From assembly GCA_964391505.1 (NCBI GenBank), contig CAYMMG010000002.1, forward strand, positions 38,455-102,454: DNA of 64,000 bases, written 5' to 3'. The stretch comes from an uncultured Burkholderiales bacterium. GTDB lineage: Bacteria > Actinomycetota > Acidimicrobiia > IMCC26256 > JAGPDB01. Positions 7,186 to 16,494 of the stretch are shown here, in pieces. The notes below the pieces were generated by a model that was not told the origin of the DNA, made no database searches, and saw only the letters and a list, made by a program, of their open reading frames with translations. Numbering within the stretch: position 1 is the stretch's first letter; every line of letters starts with the position of its first letter. The translations under genes and the position numbers were made by a program.

Positions 7186-9459
7186 CTACTTGAGGGCAAG
7201 TTGATCAAGTGCGTTTTGAACGATTGCACGTCCGGTTGAATTTTCGAGAGTCATAATTGACTCGGGATGAAATTGCACAGCTGCAATTGATTCACTGACA
7301 TGTTCGATAGCCATGATGACATGGTCATCGTGCGTGCGCGCAGTTACCCGAAGATCAGAAGAAGGAAATGAATCTTGCTTGGCATACAAAGAATGATAAC
7401 GACCAACTTCAAATGTGGAAGGTAAACCGATAAAAAGTTTTCCAGAATCTTCTTCGAGATCAATCTGAGAAGATTTTCCATGCATGGGTATCTCAAGCTG
7501 AGCGAGCTCGCCTCCAAAGTATTCCACAAGTGCCTGGAGACCTAAACACACCCCGAAAATGGGAAGGCCAGCTTTGCGTGATTGATCTATAATCCACGAC
7601 AAACCAAAATCCGTTGGTGATCCAGGTCCAGGAGATAGACAGATAAGGTGAGGCTGAAGTTCTGCAATATCGGCAGCAAATTCTTCCGGTCTGAACCCAA
7701 CTCGACGCGTATGAACAACCGCTCCACACATTCGGAAATATCCAGCAAGAGTATGAACGAATGAATCTTCACAATCAATTAATAAAACTCGAGGTTGCTT
7801 TCCATTATCATCGTGCGCTTGGGGTATTGAAACTACGGTCACGTCCTCATTCTTATCCGTGATCACCACTTCATTCGAAACTGGATGCATCTTTTCGTCC
7901 GAAGGATTCTGACCCAGAGCAACAGCGTGACAGTAACGGAGAACATCGAGCATGGCACTCGCTTTGAGCTCTGTTTCCGCTTCCTCTGCTTGCGGGTCAG
8001 AATCGGCGAGTAACGTTGCCCCAACACGAATATGTGCCGCTCCAGAATGAAAGTGGATACTCCGCAACATAAGTCCTGTGTTCATTGAGCCGTCGACGCC
8101 AACATGACCCATGGAACCGCCATAAAAACGTCGAGGAGATTTCTCAAACTCTTCAATGAAATTCATTGCCCACATCTTGGGAGCCCCTGTCACAGTCACT
8201 GCCCACATATGCGTGAGAAATGCATCTATAGAGTCATATCCTTCTTCCAGGTATCCCTCCACATGATCGACGGTATGAATTAGACGAGAATACATTTCAA
8301 TTTGGCGACGACCAATGACATTGATTGTTTCAGGAATACATACGCGTGACTTATCATTTCGATCAACGTCGGTACACATTGTCAGCTCTGATTCTTCTTT
8401 TTCGGAACCCAACAATGCTTCGATCTGTTGAGCGTCGGTCACGATTCCCGAACCGCGCGCGATTGTACCGGCAATCGGACAACTCTCTACGCGTCGACCC
8501 TCTACACGCACATACATTTCAGGAGATGCGGACACGGTCCACTCGTTGTTACCTAAATTAATCAAAGCACCATAGGGTGCAGGATTAAGTTCGAGAAGTT
8601 GCTCAAACACTACCGAGGGCGTAGCAGCACAGGGTTCGTGAAATACTTGTGAGGGTACGACCTCAAAAAGATCTCCGCGCGCAAAATAATCTTTGGCTTG
8701 AGTTACAATCTCGGCATACGCGCCCTGTTCCATATCGCGATTCGCCTGTATATCAGCAGGCCTGTAAACATCTTCGTCCCCGACTCGTGCTTTCCCTGAT
8801 GTTGAATCAATAATGGTTTCGCCATCCAAAACATCGAATTCATAGGAGATGCGGTACGAAGATTTATTGGAATGGTCAGTAATGAATAATTCATCGGCGA
8901 AATAGAGAACTAAATCACGATCAGCATCTCGATCATGGATACGTGTTACTCCCATAAAATCTATGCCCAGGTCATAACCAAAAATTCCATAGAAGCCGGC
9001 GCGCGAATCGTCGAAGGCACATGCATTACGCAGAGCTCGCACAACGTTCATTACATGGGGGAGGCGAGAACGATCTTCCTCCATAAATGCCTCGGAAGAA
9101 TGTTGCACAGCACACACAAAGGACACATCATTCGACGAAGAAAAATGCAGGAAGGGACAAGTCTCGAGAATACCTCGAAATACAGGTAAGAGAACCTGGC
9201 CACGATCATTGAGTGCGCTTACAGTCACCGTATCGCCTACTGCTTCAACGACCAAAGGTGGATCTACCAACCCGATATCCCAACGCGTATACCGCCCGGG
9301 ATATTCGTAGCGCGATGTCAATATCACACCGCGATGCGTATCGAGCTGCAAAGTAATTGCATCAACTTCATCAGGCGTGCATGCAGCCATCGTCGACGTC
9401 ACGCGCACAGGAGCGCCCGCGAACATCAGTTGTTGGGTTGAGTCGGGTGAAATATTCAT
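7186..9459 (-). CDS. trpE: anthranilate synthase, fused component I + glutamine amidotransferase (TrpE(G) type)
   Basis: 757 aa. 'SRYEYPGRYTRWDIGLVDPPL' is the N-terminal signature of fused TrpE(G)/PhzE-like enzymes. Chorismate-binding core ('GGSMGHVG'). C-terminal class-I GATase ('FGVCLGLQAL', 'AVQFHPES'). Confidence 0.85.
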   Translation of the reverse strand: MNISPDSTQQLMFAGAPVRVTSTMAACTPDEVDAITLQLDTHRGVILTSRYEYPGRYTRWDIGLVDPPLVVEAVGDTVTVSALNDRGQVLLPVFRGILETCPFLHFSSSNDVSFVCAVQHSSEAFMEEDRSRLPHVMNVVRALRNACAFDDSRAGFYGIFGYDLGIDFMGVTRIHDRDADRDLVLYFADELFITDHSNKSSYRISYEFDVLDGETIIDSTSGKARVGDEDVYRPADIQANRDMEQGAYAEIVTQAKDYFARGDLFEVVPSQVFHEPCAATPSVVFEQLLELNPAPYGALINLGNNEWTVSASPEMYVRVEGRRVESCPIAGTIARGSGIVTDAQQIEALLGSEKEESELTMCTDVDRNDKSRVCIPETINVIGRRQIEMYSRLIHTVDHVEGYLEEGYDSIDAFLTHMWAVTVTGAPKMWAMNFIEEFEKSPRRFYGGSMGHVGVDGSMNTGLMLRSIHFHSGAAHIRVGATLLADSDPQAEEAETELKASAMLDVLRYCHAVALGQNPSDEKMHPVSNEVVITDKNEDVTVVSIPQAHDDNGKQPRVLLIDCEDSFVHTLAGYFRMCGAVVHTRRVGFRPEEFAADIAELQPHLICLSPGPGSPTDFGLSWIIDQSRKAGLPIFGVCLGLQALVEYFGGELAQLEIPMHGKSSQIDLEEDSGKLFIGLPSTFEVGRYHSLYAKQDSFPSSDLRVTARTHDDHVIMAIEHVSESIAAVQFHPESIMTLENSTGRAIVQNALDQLALK

Positions 9460-9462
9460 GAG

Positions 9463-9536
9463 TGGAGATGATGGGATTTGAACCCACGGCCCCTACGTTG
9501 CGAACGTAGTGCTCTGCCAGGCTGAGCTACATCCCC
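9463..9536 (-). tRNA. tRNA-Ala (anticodon CGC)
   Basis: Reverse complement is GGGGATGTAGCTCAGCCTGGCAGAGCACTACGTTCGCAACGTAGGGGCCGTGGGTTCAAATCCCATCATCTCCA. Folds into a cloverleaf by hand. G3:U70 identity pair. Anticodon loop TTCGCAA. CCA not encoded. Confidence 0.9.
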
Positions 9537-9745
9537 ATGAATATCTATGGTACCAAGCATGGGATGTGACATACGCCCGATTTTAGGGTCTGATCTTGGG
9601 AAAGCAAGAATAGCGCCACAAAGCGAGCGATTTTTTCCAAGGTCGGACCCTCCCGAGAAGTAAGAAAAGTTACAGCAGTTCGTTCAGTTGTATCAAGTCT
9701 TTTAACGCACGGTCCAGATATCTGGTCATTAAATAGAACTTTTGT

Positions 9746-10345
9746 CTAGCTCCGAGCGGATAAAAAAACTGCTGCGGTCGTTACATCGCCACGCGTACGT
9801 TCTAATACGGCACGAAATGCATCAGTTGTTCGACGCAAACCATGTGTCAGTGCATCAGGAAAATCAATCGATATAGCTACCGTGTAGACGTCATCCATAA
9901 CGTCAAGAAGATGGCTGGCTCTTTCAAGATCATTAGCACGCAAGCAATCAAGAATGGAACGTCGCAATTCGCTGGCTGCTTCAACAATACCGTTGATATA
10001 TGCAGCAGGTTCGACATGCAAAAAGTTTCGAGATGGAACGGCTTTCCCGGTAATAATCGCTGCTGTAACACAGCTTTCTGTGTATTCCTTTTGAGCATCA
10101 TAAAACATTGAATTTGCTGCGATACCGGGAAATTGGTCCATCTGAGGTTGGCATTGTTCCAAGAGTTGACGAGCCTGATCGTTCATTTCTGTCGCTTTTT
10201 CATGTTCGCCTCGATGAGTAGAACGAATCGAAGAAGAAGCGAGTTGTATAACTTTGCGTGAGGCAACCAACATGGATTCGCGTGCGCTGTGTTGCGATTC
10301 GAGGCTCGCTATTACGTCGGAGACATCGAATGAAAAATCAGTCAT
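9746..10345 (-). CDS. translin-family-like protein (tentative)
   Basis: All-helical 199-aa protein. 'AAYINGIVEAASELRRSILDCLRANDLERA' resembles the translin/COG2178 'YxxGxxDxxGELxR' region. Recognised from memory only. Confidence 0.4.
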   Translation of the reverse strand: MTDFSFDVSDVIASLESQHSARESMLVASRKVIQLASSSIRSTHRGEHEKATEMNDQARQLLEQCQPQMDQFPGIAANSMFYDAQKEYTESCVTAAIITGKAVPSRNFLHVEPAAYINGIVEAASELRRSILDCLRANDLERASHLLDVMDDVYTVAISIDFPDALTHGLRRTTDAFRAVLERTRGDVTTAAVFLSARS

Positions 10346-10769
10346 CGTGTTGCATTGATTGCTTGCGACGCATCTCTTGTTGCTCTTTAATTTGGATCAA
10401 CAAATAAATATATGCACCCAAAACGAGATCACAAATAACGTGAATAACCCAAAGAACAGTGTTGCCCAAAAATGCCGCAAGAAGAAATGTCATGCCTGCG
10501 CTGACGAGCATCGCAGTAAATACATCACGGCGACGTTTCTTAATTGCAGAAGCACGAGACATGGTTTGTGAATGCATTGCGCCATCAACCAGACCAGCGG
10601 CAGGACGCATGCGCGCAGTAACAGTTCGATTCGAATTCCGTAATACGCCCAAAGTATTTGTGTAGTCGCCGACAGCGCCTGAGTGGCGGTCAGAACGAGC
10701 ACGCAAGAGAGGCGGTACAAGAACCGCAGCCCAGAGGGCCCCGAGAATGATGAGAACGGGAATAGTCAC
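10338..10769 (-). CDS. small membrane protein (3 predicted TM)
   Basis: Hydrophobic segments 'IPVLIILGALWAAVLVPPLL', 'AMLVSAGMTFLLAAFL' and 'VIHVICDLVLGAYIYLLI'. Overlaps the downstream gene by 8 nt. Confidence 0.5.
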   Translation of the reverse strand: MTIPVLIILGALWAAVLVPPLLRARSDRHSGAVGDYTNTLGVLRNSNRTVTARMRPAAGLVDGAMHSQTMSRASAIKKRRRDVFTAMLVSAGMTFLLAAFLGNTVLWVIHVICDLVLGAYIYLLIQIKEQQEMRRKQSMQHDD

Positions 10770-10937
10770 TCCTTAAAACTCCAGGTCGTGACTATATACG
10801 CTACCTCTGATTGAGGCGAAAGTTGTGCATTTCATACTGATTCATATCAGTCAACTCGCAAATGAACATTCAATGCAATTTCTTGGCTCTCATATGGAGT
10901 TTATGTTTCGATAATTGCTTGTACGAGAGTGTCAGAA

Positions 10938-11441
10938 TTAGAAGCCTAGATCGTCATCATCAAGAATCGCAGCACGTCGCCAAGGGCCTTGACTCCCACC
11001 ACTTTTTTCCCACAAAGCAACATCGGTAATTTCCATCGTACGGTCAATGCTTTTACACATGTCGTATACAGTCAATGCTGCAACAGTACATGCAGTCAGA
11101 GCTTCCATTTCCACACCCGTTCGGTCGACCGTATCGACTTGGCTTTCGACTTCCACAAAGTTTTCTTCCAAACGAAAGTTAACGAACACACTTTGCACCA
11201 ACAGAGGATGACATAATGGCAACAAGTTTGACGTTTGCTTTGCAGCCTGTATGCCTGCAACTCGAGCAACGGCCAACACATCACCCTTGGCAATAGAACC
11301 AGTTGCAACTTTGTCTGCAGTGTCGGGAAGCATACGAACTTTGCAACGAGCAACGGCTCGACGATGAACTGGTTCTTTAGCGGAGGATTCCGTCATGCGT
11401 GCACGACCGAGGGGATCAAGAAAGGTGTATTCCGATGGCAT
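10938..11441 (-). CDS. moaC: cyclic pyranopterin monophosphate synthase
   Basis: 'GIQAAKQTSNLLPLCHPL' and 'TGVEMEALTACTVAALTVYDMCK' are MoaC signatures. Confidence 0.85.
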   Translation of the reverse strand: MPSEYTFLDPLGRARMTESSAKEPVHRRAVARCKVRMLPDTADKVATGSIAKGDVLAVARVAGIQAAKQTSNLLPLCHPLLVQSVFVNFRLEENFVEVESQVDTVDRTGVEMEALTACTVAALTVYDMCKSIDRTMEITDVALWEKSGGSQGPWRRAAILDDDDLGF

Positions 11442-11468
11442 AGAAGATAATCCTACTCTTGTGAGAGG

Positions 11469-12356
11469 TTATCGTGCATCGAGAATGTCGCTTAAACCTT
11501 TACGAACATCAGCTTCAAGGTCTTCACGTTGTAATGCAAGCGCCACATTTGCGAGCAACCAGTCTGTCTTTTGGCCCACATCGTAACGTCCACCAGACAA
11601 AACTCGTCCATATATATCTTGCTCTTCAAGGAGAAGAGAAATGGCATCTGTGAGTTGAATTTCTCCTCCAACGCCAGCGGTGATCCTGTCAATACAGCTA
11701 AAAATATGTGGATCAAAGATATAGCGCCCAATGATGGCAAAGTTACTGGGAGCAAGCTCAGGCGAAGGCTTTTCTACCACTCCCGTTATTTTGATTCGGG
11801 ACGGATCGCCCGCAACAGTCTCGAAAGAAGCACATCCGTAGGAAGAAATCTCTTCGGGTGTCACTTCCATGATGCCCATCACGCTGGAATGCGTAGATTC
11901 AAAATCTTCTTTCATATCAGAGAGCAACCGGGAATCATCGACCATGATGTCGTCACCTAACATCACCGCAAATGGTTGATCTCCCACATGTTCGTGAGCA
12001 GTCGCCACTGCATGTCCTAACCCATGGGCATGTGCTTGACGAACATAATGGATATTCGCAAGCGACTCGATCTCTTCAAGTATTTCGAGTTCAGCAAACT
12101 TCCCCTTAGCTCTTAGAGCATCGTCGAGTTCAGAATTGTGAGAAAAGTGATCTTCGATTGCACGTTTCCCAGGACCAGTAATAATCAAAATATCTGAAAT
12201 GCCTGCCAGCACTGCTTCTTCCACAACATATTGAATGGCAGGCTTGTCTACGAGCGGAAGCATTTCCTTGGGCTGACTCTTTGTGAGAGGCAAAAAACGC
12301 GTTCCCAAACCAGCAGCAGGAATAACCGCTGTATTCACGGAAGAAGTCTGTGTCAT
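11469..12356 (-). CDS. galU: UTP--glucose-1-phosphate uridylyltransferase
   Basis: 'AVIPAAGLGTRFLPLTKSQPKEMLPLVDKPAIQYVVEEA'. Confidence 0.9.
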   Translation of the reverse strand: MTQTSSVNTAVIPAAGLGTRFLPLTKSQPKEMLPLVDKPAIQYVVEEAVLAGISDILIITGPGKRAIEDHFSHNSELDDALRAKGKFAELEILEEIESLANIHYVRQAHAHGLGHAVATAHEHVGDQPFAVMLGDDIMVDDSRLLSDMKEDFESTHSSVMGIMEVTPEEISSYGCASFETVAGDPSRIKITGVVEKPSPELAPSNFAIIGRYIFDPHIFSCIDRITAGVGGEIQLTDAISLLLEEQDIYGRVLSGGRYDVGQKTDWLLANVALALQREDLEADVRKGLSDILDAR

Positions 12357-12988
12357 GAATTCTCTGTTTCTCGATATTTGTCCCGACCATGTTTGGTCAC
12401 CGTATTCTCTTCGCGACGTATGAATCGACGAATATTGGGGATGTGCCTAAGGACAACAAAGCAAAAAAGCAATGTCACAAGAACGCATTCCCATAAATAA
12501 TAATGGTCGATCGATATCCATATTGGCAAAACCGCCGCCGCTACAAGTGAGGAAATCACCGGAAGTTTCGTTATTTTCATCACGACTGCCCAGGTCAGGA
12601 TTGCCGCGATACCTGCGGGAGGAAATAAAGCGATGGCTGCACCTCCACCGGTTGCAATTCCTTTGCCTCCTTTGCGGCCTATGGGAACAACGTGGCCCAA
12701 CATACAAAAAAACGCGACTAAGTAAGCAAGGACTCTTGTTTGTTGGTCTGAAAGATACCTATCCATAAAAGTAAGAACAGCAAGCGTCGGCACAAAACCT
12801 TTGAGAATGTCAAGAACCATCGCCAAGAGGCCCCAACGCCATCCGGCAATTCGAACAATATTACTCGCCCCTGGATTGCCTGACCCTTTGGCATACACAT
12901 CATGTCCAGCCATTCGTGCAACGAGAACCGCGAAGGGCAGATTACCGACCAAATATGCAGGTATCACAACGAGATAGGCCCACATCAC
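12353..12988 (-). CDS. plsY: glycerol-3-phosphate acyltransferase PlsY
   Basis: 'GSGNPGASN' motif, multi-TM, 211 aa. ATGA overlap with galU. Confidence 0.9.
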   Translation of the reverse strand: MMWAYLVVIPAYLVGNLPFAVLVARMAGHDVYAKGSGNPGASNIVRIAGWRWGLLAMVLDILKGFVPTLAVLTFMDRYLSDQQTRVLAYLVAFFCMLGHVVPIGRKGGKGIATGGGAAIALFPPAGIAAILTWAVVMKITKLPVISSLVAAAVLPIWISIDHYYLWECVLVTLLFCFVVLRHIPNIRRFIRREENTVTKHGRDKYRETENS

Positions 12989-13030
12989 CTTTAGATTGTA
13001 CTTTCCTCCACGCCGTTATGAGTGCCCCAA

Positions 13031-13056
13031 GTCATCCTGAGGCTTTGAGGGATGAT
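13031..13056 (+). repeat. GTCATCCTGAG-family dispersed repeat (short copy)
   Basis: 'GTCATCCTGAGGCTTTGAGGGATGAT' in the plsY/fmdB divergent intergenic region. The left end is the same as in copies at 34052 and 39230. Confidence 0.5.
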
Positions 13057-13115
13057 AAATAAACACAGGGGCCGACTCAAGGATGCCATGACATTTCACG
13101 CTAAATTGTGTAGCT

Positions 13116-13469
13116 ATGCCAATATATGAGTACCAGTGCCAAAAATGCGGAAAGCATTTTGACGTAGAACAACGCATGATTGACCCGGCCTTGACTACAC
13201 ACGATGAATGTGGCGGGGATGTTGTCAAAGTTTTCTCGAGCGCGGGCATTGTATTGAAGGGTTCTGGTTTTTATAAAACGGACACACGAAGCTCAGCTTC
13301 ATCTCAAGCAAAAAATTCGAAAAAAACTGATGCTGGAAGCAATACAGGTGCTTCATCTGCGGCATCGCCGACCGAAACGAAAAAAGCCGCTTCAGAGAGT
13401 TCGCCATCTCCCAAGACCGATTCGAATTCATCGGCGTCTTCCCCTTCTCCTCCCAAGAAAGAGAAGTAG
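13116..13469 (+). CDS. FmdB-family zinc-ribbon protein with Ser-rich tail
   Basis: 'MPIYEYQCQKCGKHFD' plus a second Cys pair 'HDECGG'. Confidence 0.8.
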   Translation: MPIYEYQCQKCGKHFDVEQRMIDPALTTHDECGGDVVKVFSSAGIVLKGSGFYKTDTRSSASSQAKNSKKTDAGSNTGASSAASPTETKKAASESSPSPKTDSNSSASSPSPPKKEK

Positions 13470-13520
13470 TTCATCTAACGCAATCTTGTATTATATTGCA
13501 TATATGGTTAGTATGCGCAG

Positions 13521-14135
13521 GTGCTGAAAAGATCACCACGCTCACGACTCGCTACAGTTCTTTTTGTCGTTGTGAGCATCATTGCAACTTACATCGTTCT
13601 CGATGCATTGCTGACTTTGCGATCTCTCGCCCACAATCACGGCCCACGACATACGTATTTTATAGTCACACGCAATCTGGCGAGAGGTTCTATTCTCACG
13701 TCATCAGACTTTAAAACGCATGCCATGTTTTCTGGAGATGCTCCTACGGGTGCTATAACTTCGCAGCCAACAAAACTATTTATCCGATCAGATATTGCAG
13801 AAGGAACGATTCTTACAAAAAACATGATGAGTAAAACAGCTGAATCACTTATCGATGAAGACCATCGCATTCTCTTCATTCCTACTTCTGACGTTTTCGA
13901 TGGAAGCATTTCGACAACAACAGACCTTGTCAGTGTCACCTCTGATGGCTTTGGTGCACAATACATTGCTTACGATGCGAAAATTCTTTTTGATCTGTCC
14001 CCGCCCGAATCTTCACAATACCAAGAAAGTAATCCTGGATATTTTGTAGAAGTTACTCAGGAAGAAGCCGCGGATATCACACAAGCCCTTAGCCAAGGAG
14101 ACGTGCGCTTCGCTCTTCGACGTAATAATCATTAG
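13521..14135 (+). CDS. membrane-anchored SAF-domain-like protein (tentative)
   Basis: N-terminal TM. Follows fmdB, a position that as I recall is common for SAF-domain genes in actinobacteria. 'LARGSILTSSDF' is SAF-like. Confidence 0.45.
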   Translation: MLKRSPRSRLATVLFVVVSIIATYIVLDALLTLRSLAHNHGPRHTYFIVTRNLARGSILTSSDFKTHAMFSGDAPTGAITSQPTKLFIRSDIAEGTILTKNMMSKTAESLIDEDHRILFIPTSDVFDGSISTTTDLVSVTSDGFGAQYIAYDAKILFDLSPPESSQYQESNPGYFVEVTQEEAADITQALSQGDVRFALRRNNH

Positions 14136-14144
14136 TGTATTGCG

Positions 14145-14963
14145 ATGCCCATTATCCATGCAATCATCCTTGGACTCATTCAAGGTCTCACAGAATTTCT
14201 TCCGATTTCATCTAGCGGACACTTGGAAGTAGTTCCACAACTGTTGGGCTGGAAAGAATTATCGCCCGGTGTAGAAAAAACTTTTGATGTCGCGCTCCAC
14301 GCCGGAACGCTTATTGGAGCAGTTGCTTATCTCAATAAAGACGTTCGTCGTATTGTTTTATCACTCTGGAAAGGATTGCGAACACGGAAAATGGATGACT
14401 ACGCCAAGCTTGGATTGTTGCTTGTCGTCACATCCATTCCCGGCGCTTTGTTAGGTGCGTTTTTGGAAGAATTTATTTCCGAACATTTGGGTAAACCTGC
14501 ACTCATTGCGAGCATGCTTATTATTTTTGGACTGTTATTGTTTGTCTGCGATCGCATTAAAGGTAATCGCAACGACACGAACTTTGGTATGAAGGATGCT
14601 GTCGTCGCGGGGGCGAGTCAGGCGCTTGCTTTGCAGCCCGGAGTGAGTCGAAGCGGAATCACAATGACAGCCCTTCGTCTCCGCGGTTTTTCCCGCGAAT
14701 CATCGGCACGATTAAGTTTTTTGATGCTCATTCCCATTGTTGCTGGTGCAGCACTTTTCACTGGAGCAAAAACGATTGCTGGTGAGGGAATTCCTTCATC
14801 ATTAGTTATTCCCATGATCGTCGGTGTCATTGTTTCTGCAGTTACAGGATGGATCGCCGTTTACGGATTACTCAAACTTGTTCGCACACGATCATTCACC
14901 GGATTTGTGATCTATAGGGTTGCTGCCGGTCTCGGAATCTTTTTGTGGCTTTTCGTTAAATAG
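14145..14963 (+). CDS. uppP: undecaprenyl-diphosphate phosphatase
   Basis: 'GLTEFLPISSSGHL' and 'PGVSRSGITMTA'. Confidence 0.9.
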   Translation: MPIIHAIILGLIQGLTEFLPISSSGHLEVVPQLLGWKELSPGVEKTFDVALHAGTLIGAVAYLNKDVRRIVLSLWKGLRTRKMDDYAKLGLLLVVTSIPGALLGAFLEEFISEHLGKPALIASMLIIFGLLLFVCDRIKGNRNDTNFGMKDAVVAGASQALALQPGVSRSGITMTALRLRGFSRESSARLSFLMLIPIVAGAALFTGAKTIAGEGIPSSLVIPMIVGVIVSAVTGWIAVYGLLKLVRTRSFTGFVIYRVAAGLGIFLWLFVK

Positions 14964-15087
14964 TCATTCCGAGAGAGCCGACCGGAGGGAGTCCTGAGCT
15001 TGCGAAGGATGAGCTTACGTTCGGAGTGTCTTTGGCGAGATCCTTCGACTTGCTTAGTCGCTTCGCTCCTGGCTCGCTCAGGATGAT
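14963..15087. repeat. inverted pair of GTCATCCTGAG...GAAGGATC repeat units
   Basis: Forward unit 'GTCATTCCGAGAGAGCC...GCGAAGGATGAGC' (14963..15014). Reverse unit 'GAGATCCTTCGACTTGCTTAGTCGCTTCGCTCCTGGCTCGCTCAGGATGAT' (15037..15087). Lies between convergent uppP and pmbA. Confidence 0.7.
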
Positions 15088-15091
15088 TTCC

Positions 15092-15106
15092 CAGGGTTCC
15101 ACCCTG
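15092..15106 (+). repeat. REP hairpin core, copy 4 (no DnaA-box arm)
   Basis: 'CAGGGTTCCACCCTG' is identical to the hairpin in copies 2 and 3. Confidence 0.6.
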
Positions 15107-15111
15107 GAAAA

Positions 15112-16494
15112 TCACTTCCCGGTCATCACCATCTCGTCAATTAACACTGTGTTGCCCACAACAGACCCTGGGAGCCACCACGTATCGTCTGCTATCGCGC
15201 TTGTACGTGACAACATTGTCAACAGATCGGATGCAATCGTTGCTTCCTTGAATGCTTCAGCCATATGACCATCACGAATCCACACGCCTTGCGCGCCCAC
15301 CGAAAAATCTCCCGAAAGTGCGTTCACTCCCGAATGCACACCAAGAAAATGTTGTACGTAGATCGCTTCGCCCACACGCTCAAAAATTTCTTCCACACTT
15401 TCACCAGTCGTTTGAGCATAAAGCGCACGCATACCTGCTCCAGGGCGAGACGCAACCCCACCCCGACGTGCACAGGCATTGGGTTTCATCTTTAATCTCC
15501 GAGAGGAATACATCGTGTGAGCAAATTGCTGCAACACACCATTCTCAAGAAAGATATTTCTGCGAGTTGGCATTCCTTCTGCATCATAGGTTGCCGACGT
15601 AAACGCCTTTTCATGTGTAGGGTCGTCAATAAGAGTTAGATTCGAATGACCGATTGTGTCGCCCAAACGATCAGCGAGAAGCGCTCGACCTTTTGCTACA
15701 GCGCCTCCCGACATCATGCCTGCAATAATTCCAAAGAATTGTGTGGCAACAAGCGGATCTAAAATTACAGGCAATGCTTCACTGATGGGTTGAGTTCCGC
15801 CCAGTAAGCGAACTCCTCTATCAAATGCCATGTTTATGACTTCGTCAATATCAAGGGTCGATGTTCCTCGACCAAAAGAAAAACCACTCGATTCCAACGA
15901 TTCATCTTCGCCCAGCATAACCGAAGCAGAAAGACTCGCCGACGTCGATGAGTTTGTCACCATAATTCCATGTGAGTTTGCGATGACACTGTGTCCCCAC
16001 CCGTCTTCATAATCTGCAGAAGGAACATCTTTAATCCGGGAATCAAAAGAACTGGCTTTCTTATCAAGGTCAATTGCGAGTCCGATTTTCTCTTCTAGCG
16101 ACAAAGAAAAAATGGAATCATCCCATCCATCTCGGAGCACAGGGGTCACATCATCGATGTCCGAAGGTTTTACTAATGCAGAAAATTCATCAGGTTCAGC
16201 AATGGATGCATTTTCTCGAGCAAAGTGAAGTGTTTCTTGAAGGATATCCTCATCCAAAGATTCGGCCCACGCGCTCCCTTCACGATGGTCGTTGATGACG
16301 CGAATACCCACAGCCGTAGAGTCAGCAGTTGTCATGTTTTCAACTTCGCCACTATAGACAGTAACTTCTACATCGCTTCCTTGAGAAACATATACTTCGA
16401 TTTCTTCCATTCCTGCTGCTTGCCCAGCAAGTCGTTGTGCGATTTCTTCCAACTTTGTCGTATCGCGTGCGCGAGTTATAGCAACGGAACTCAT
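15112..16494 (-). CDS. pmbA: TldE/PmbA-family metalloprotease subunit
   Basis: Paralogous to the upstream TldD but lacks HExxxH. Start taken at 'MSSVAITRARD', which gives an ATGA overlap with the tldD stop. Confidence 0.8.
   Translation of the reverse strand: MSSVAITRARDTTKLEEIAQRLAGQAAGMEEIEVYVSQGSDVEVTVYSGEVENMTTADSTAVGIRVINDHREGSAWAESLDEDILQETLHFARENASIAEPDEFSALVKPSDIDDVTPVLRDGWDDSIFSLSLEEKIGLAIDLDKKASSFDSRIKDVPSADYEDGWGHSVIANSHGIMVTNSSTSASLSASVMLGEDESLESSGFSFGRGTSTLDIDEVINMAFDRGVRLLGGTQPISEALPVILDPLVATQFFGIIAGMMSGGAVAKGRALLADRLGDTIGHSNLTLIDDPTHEKAFTSATYDAEGMPTRRNIFLENGVLQQFAHTMYSSRRLKMKPNACARRGGVASRPGAGMRALYAQTTGESVEEIFERVGEAIYVQHFLGVHSGVNALSGDFSVGAQGVWIRDGHMAEAFKEATIASDLLTMLSRTSAIADDTWWLPGSVVGNTVLIDEMVMTGK

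Noticed and set aside
9585-9651. 15-bp-arm hairpin (AGGGTCTGATCTTGG / CCAAGGTCGGACCCT) upstream of tRNA-Ala
   Set aside because: 37-nt loop, two G:U pairs, no U-tract on either strand. Plausibly just the 3' structure of the upstream gene. Not distinctive enough to report as a finding.
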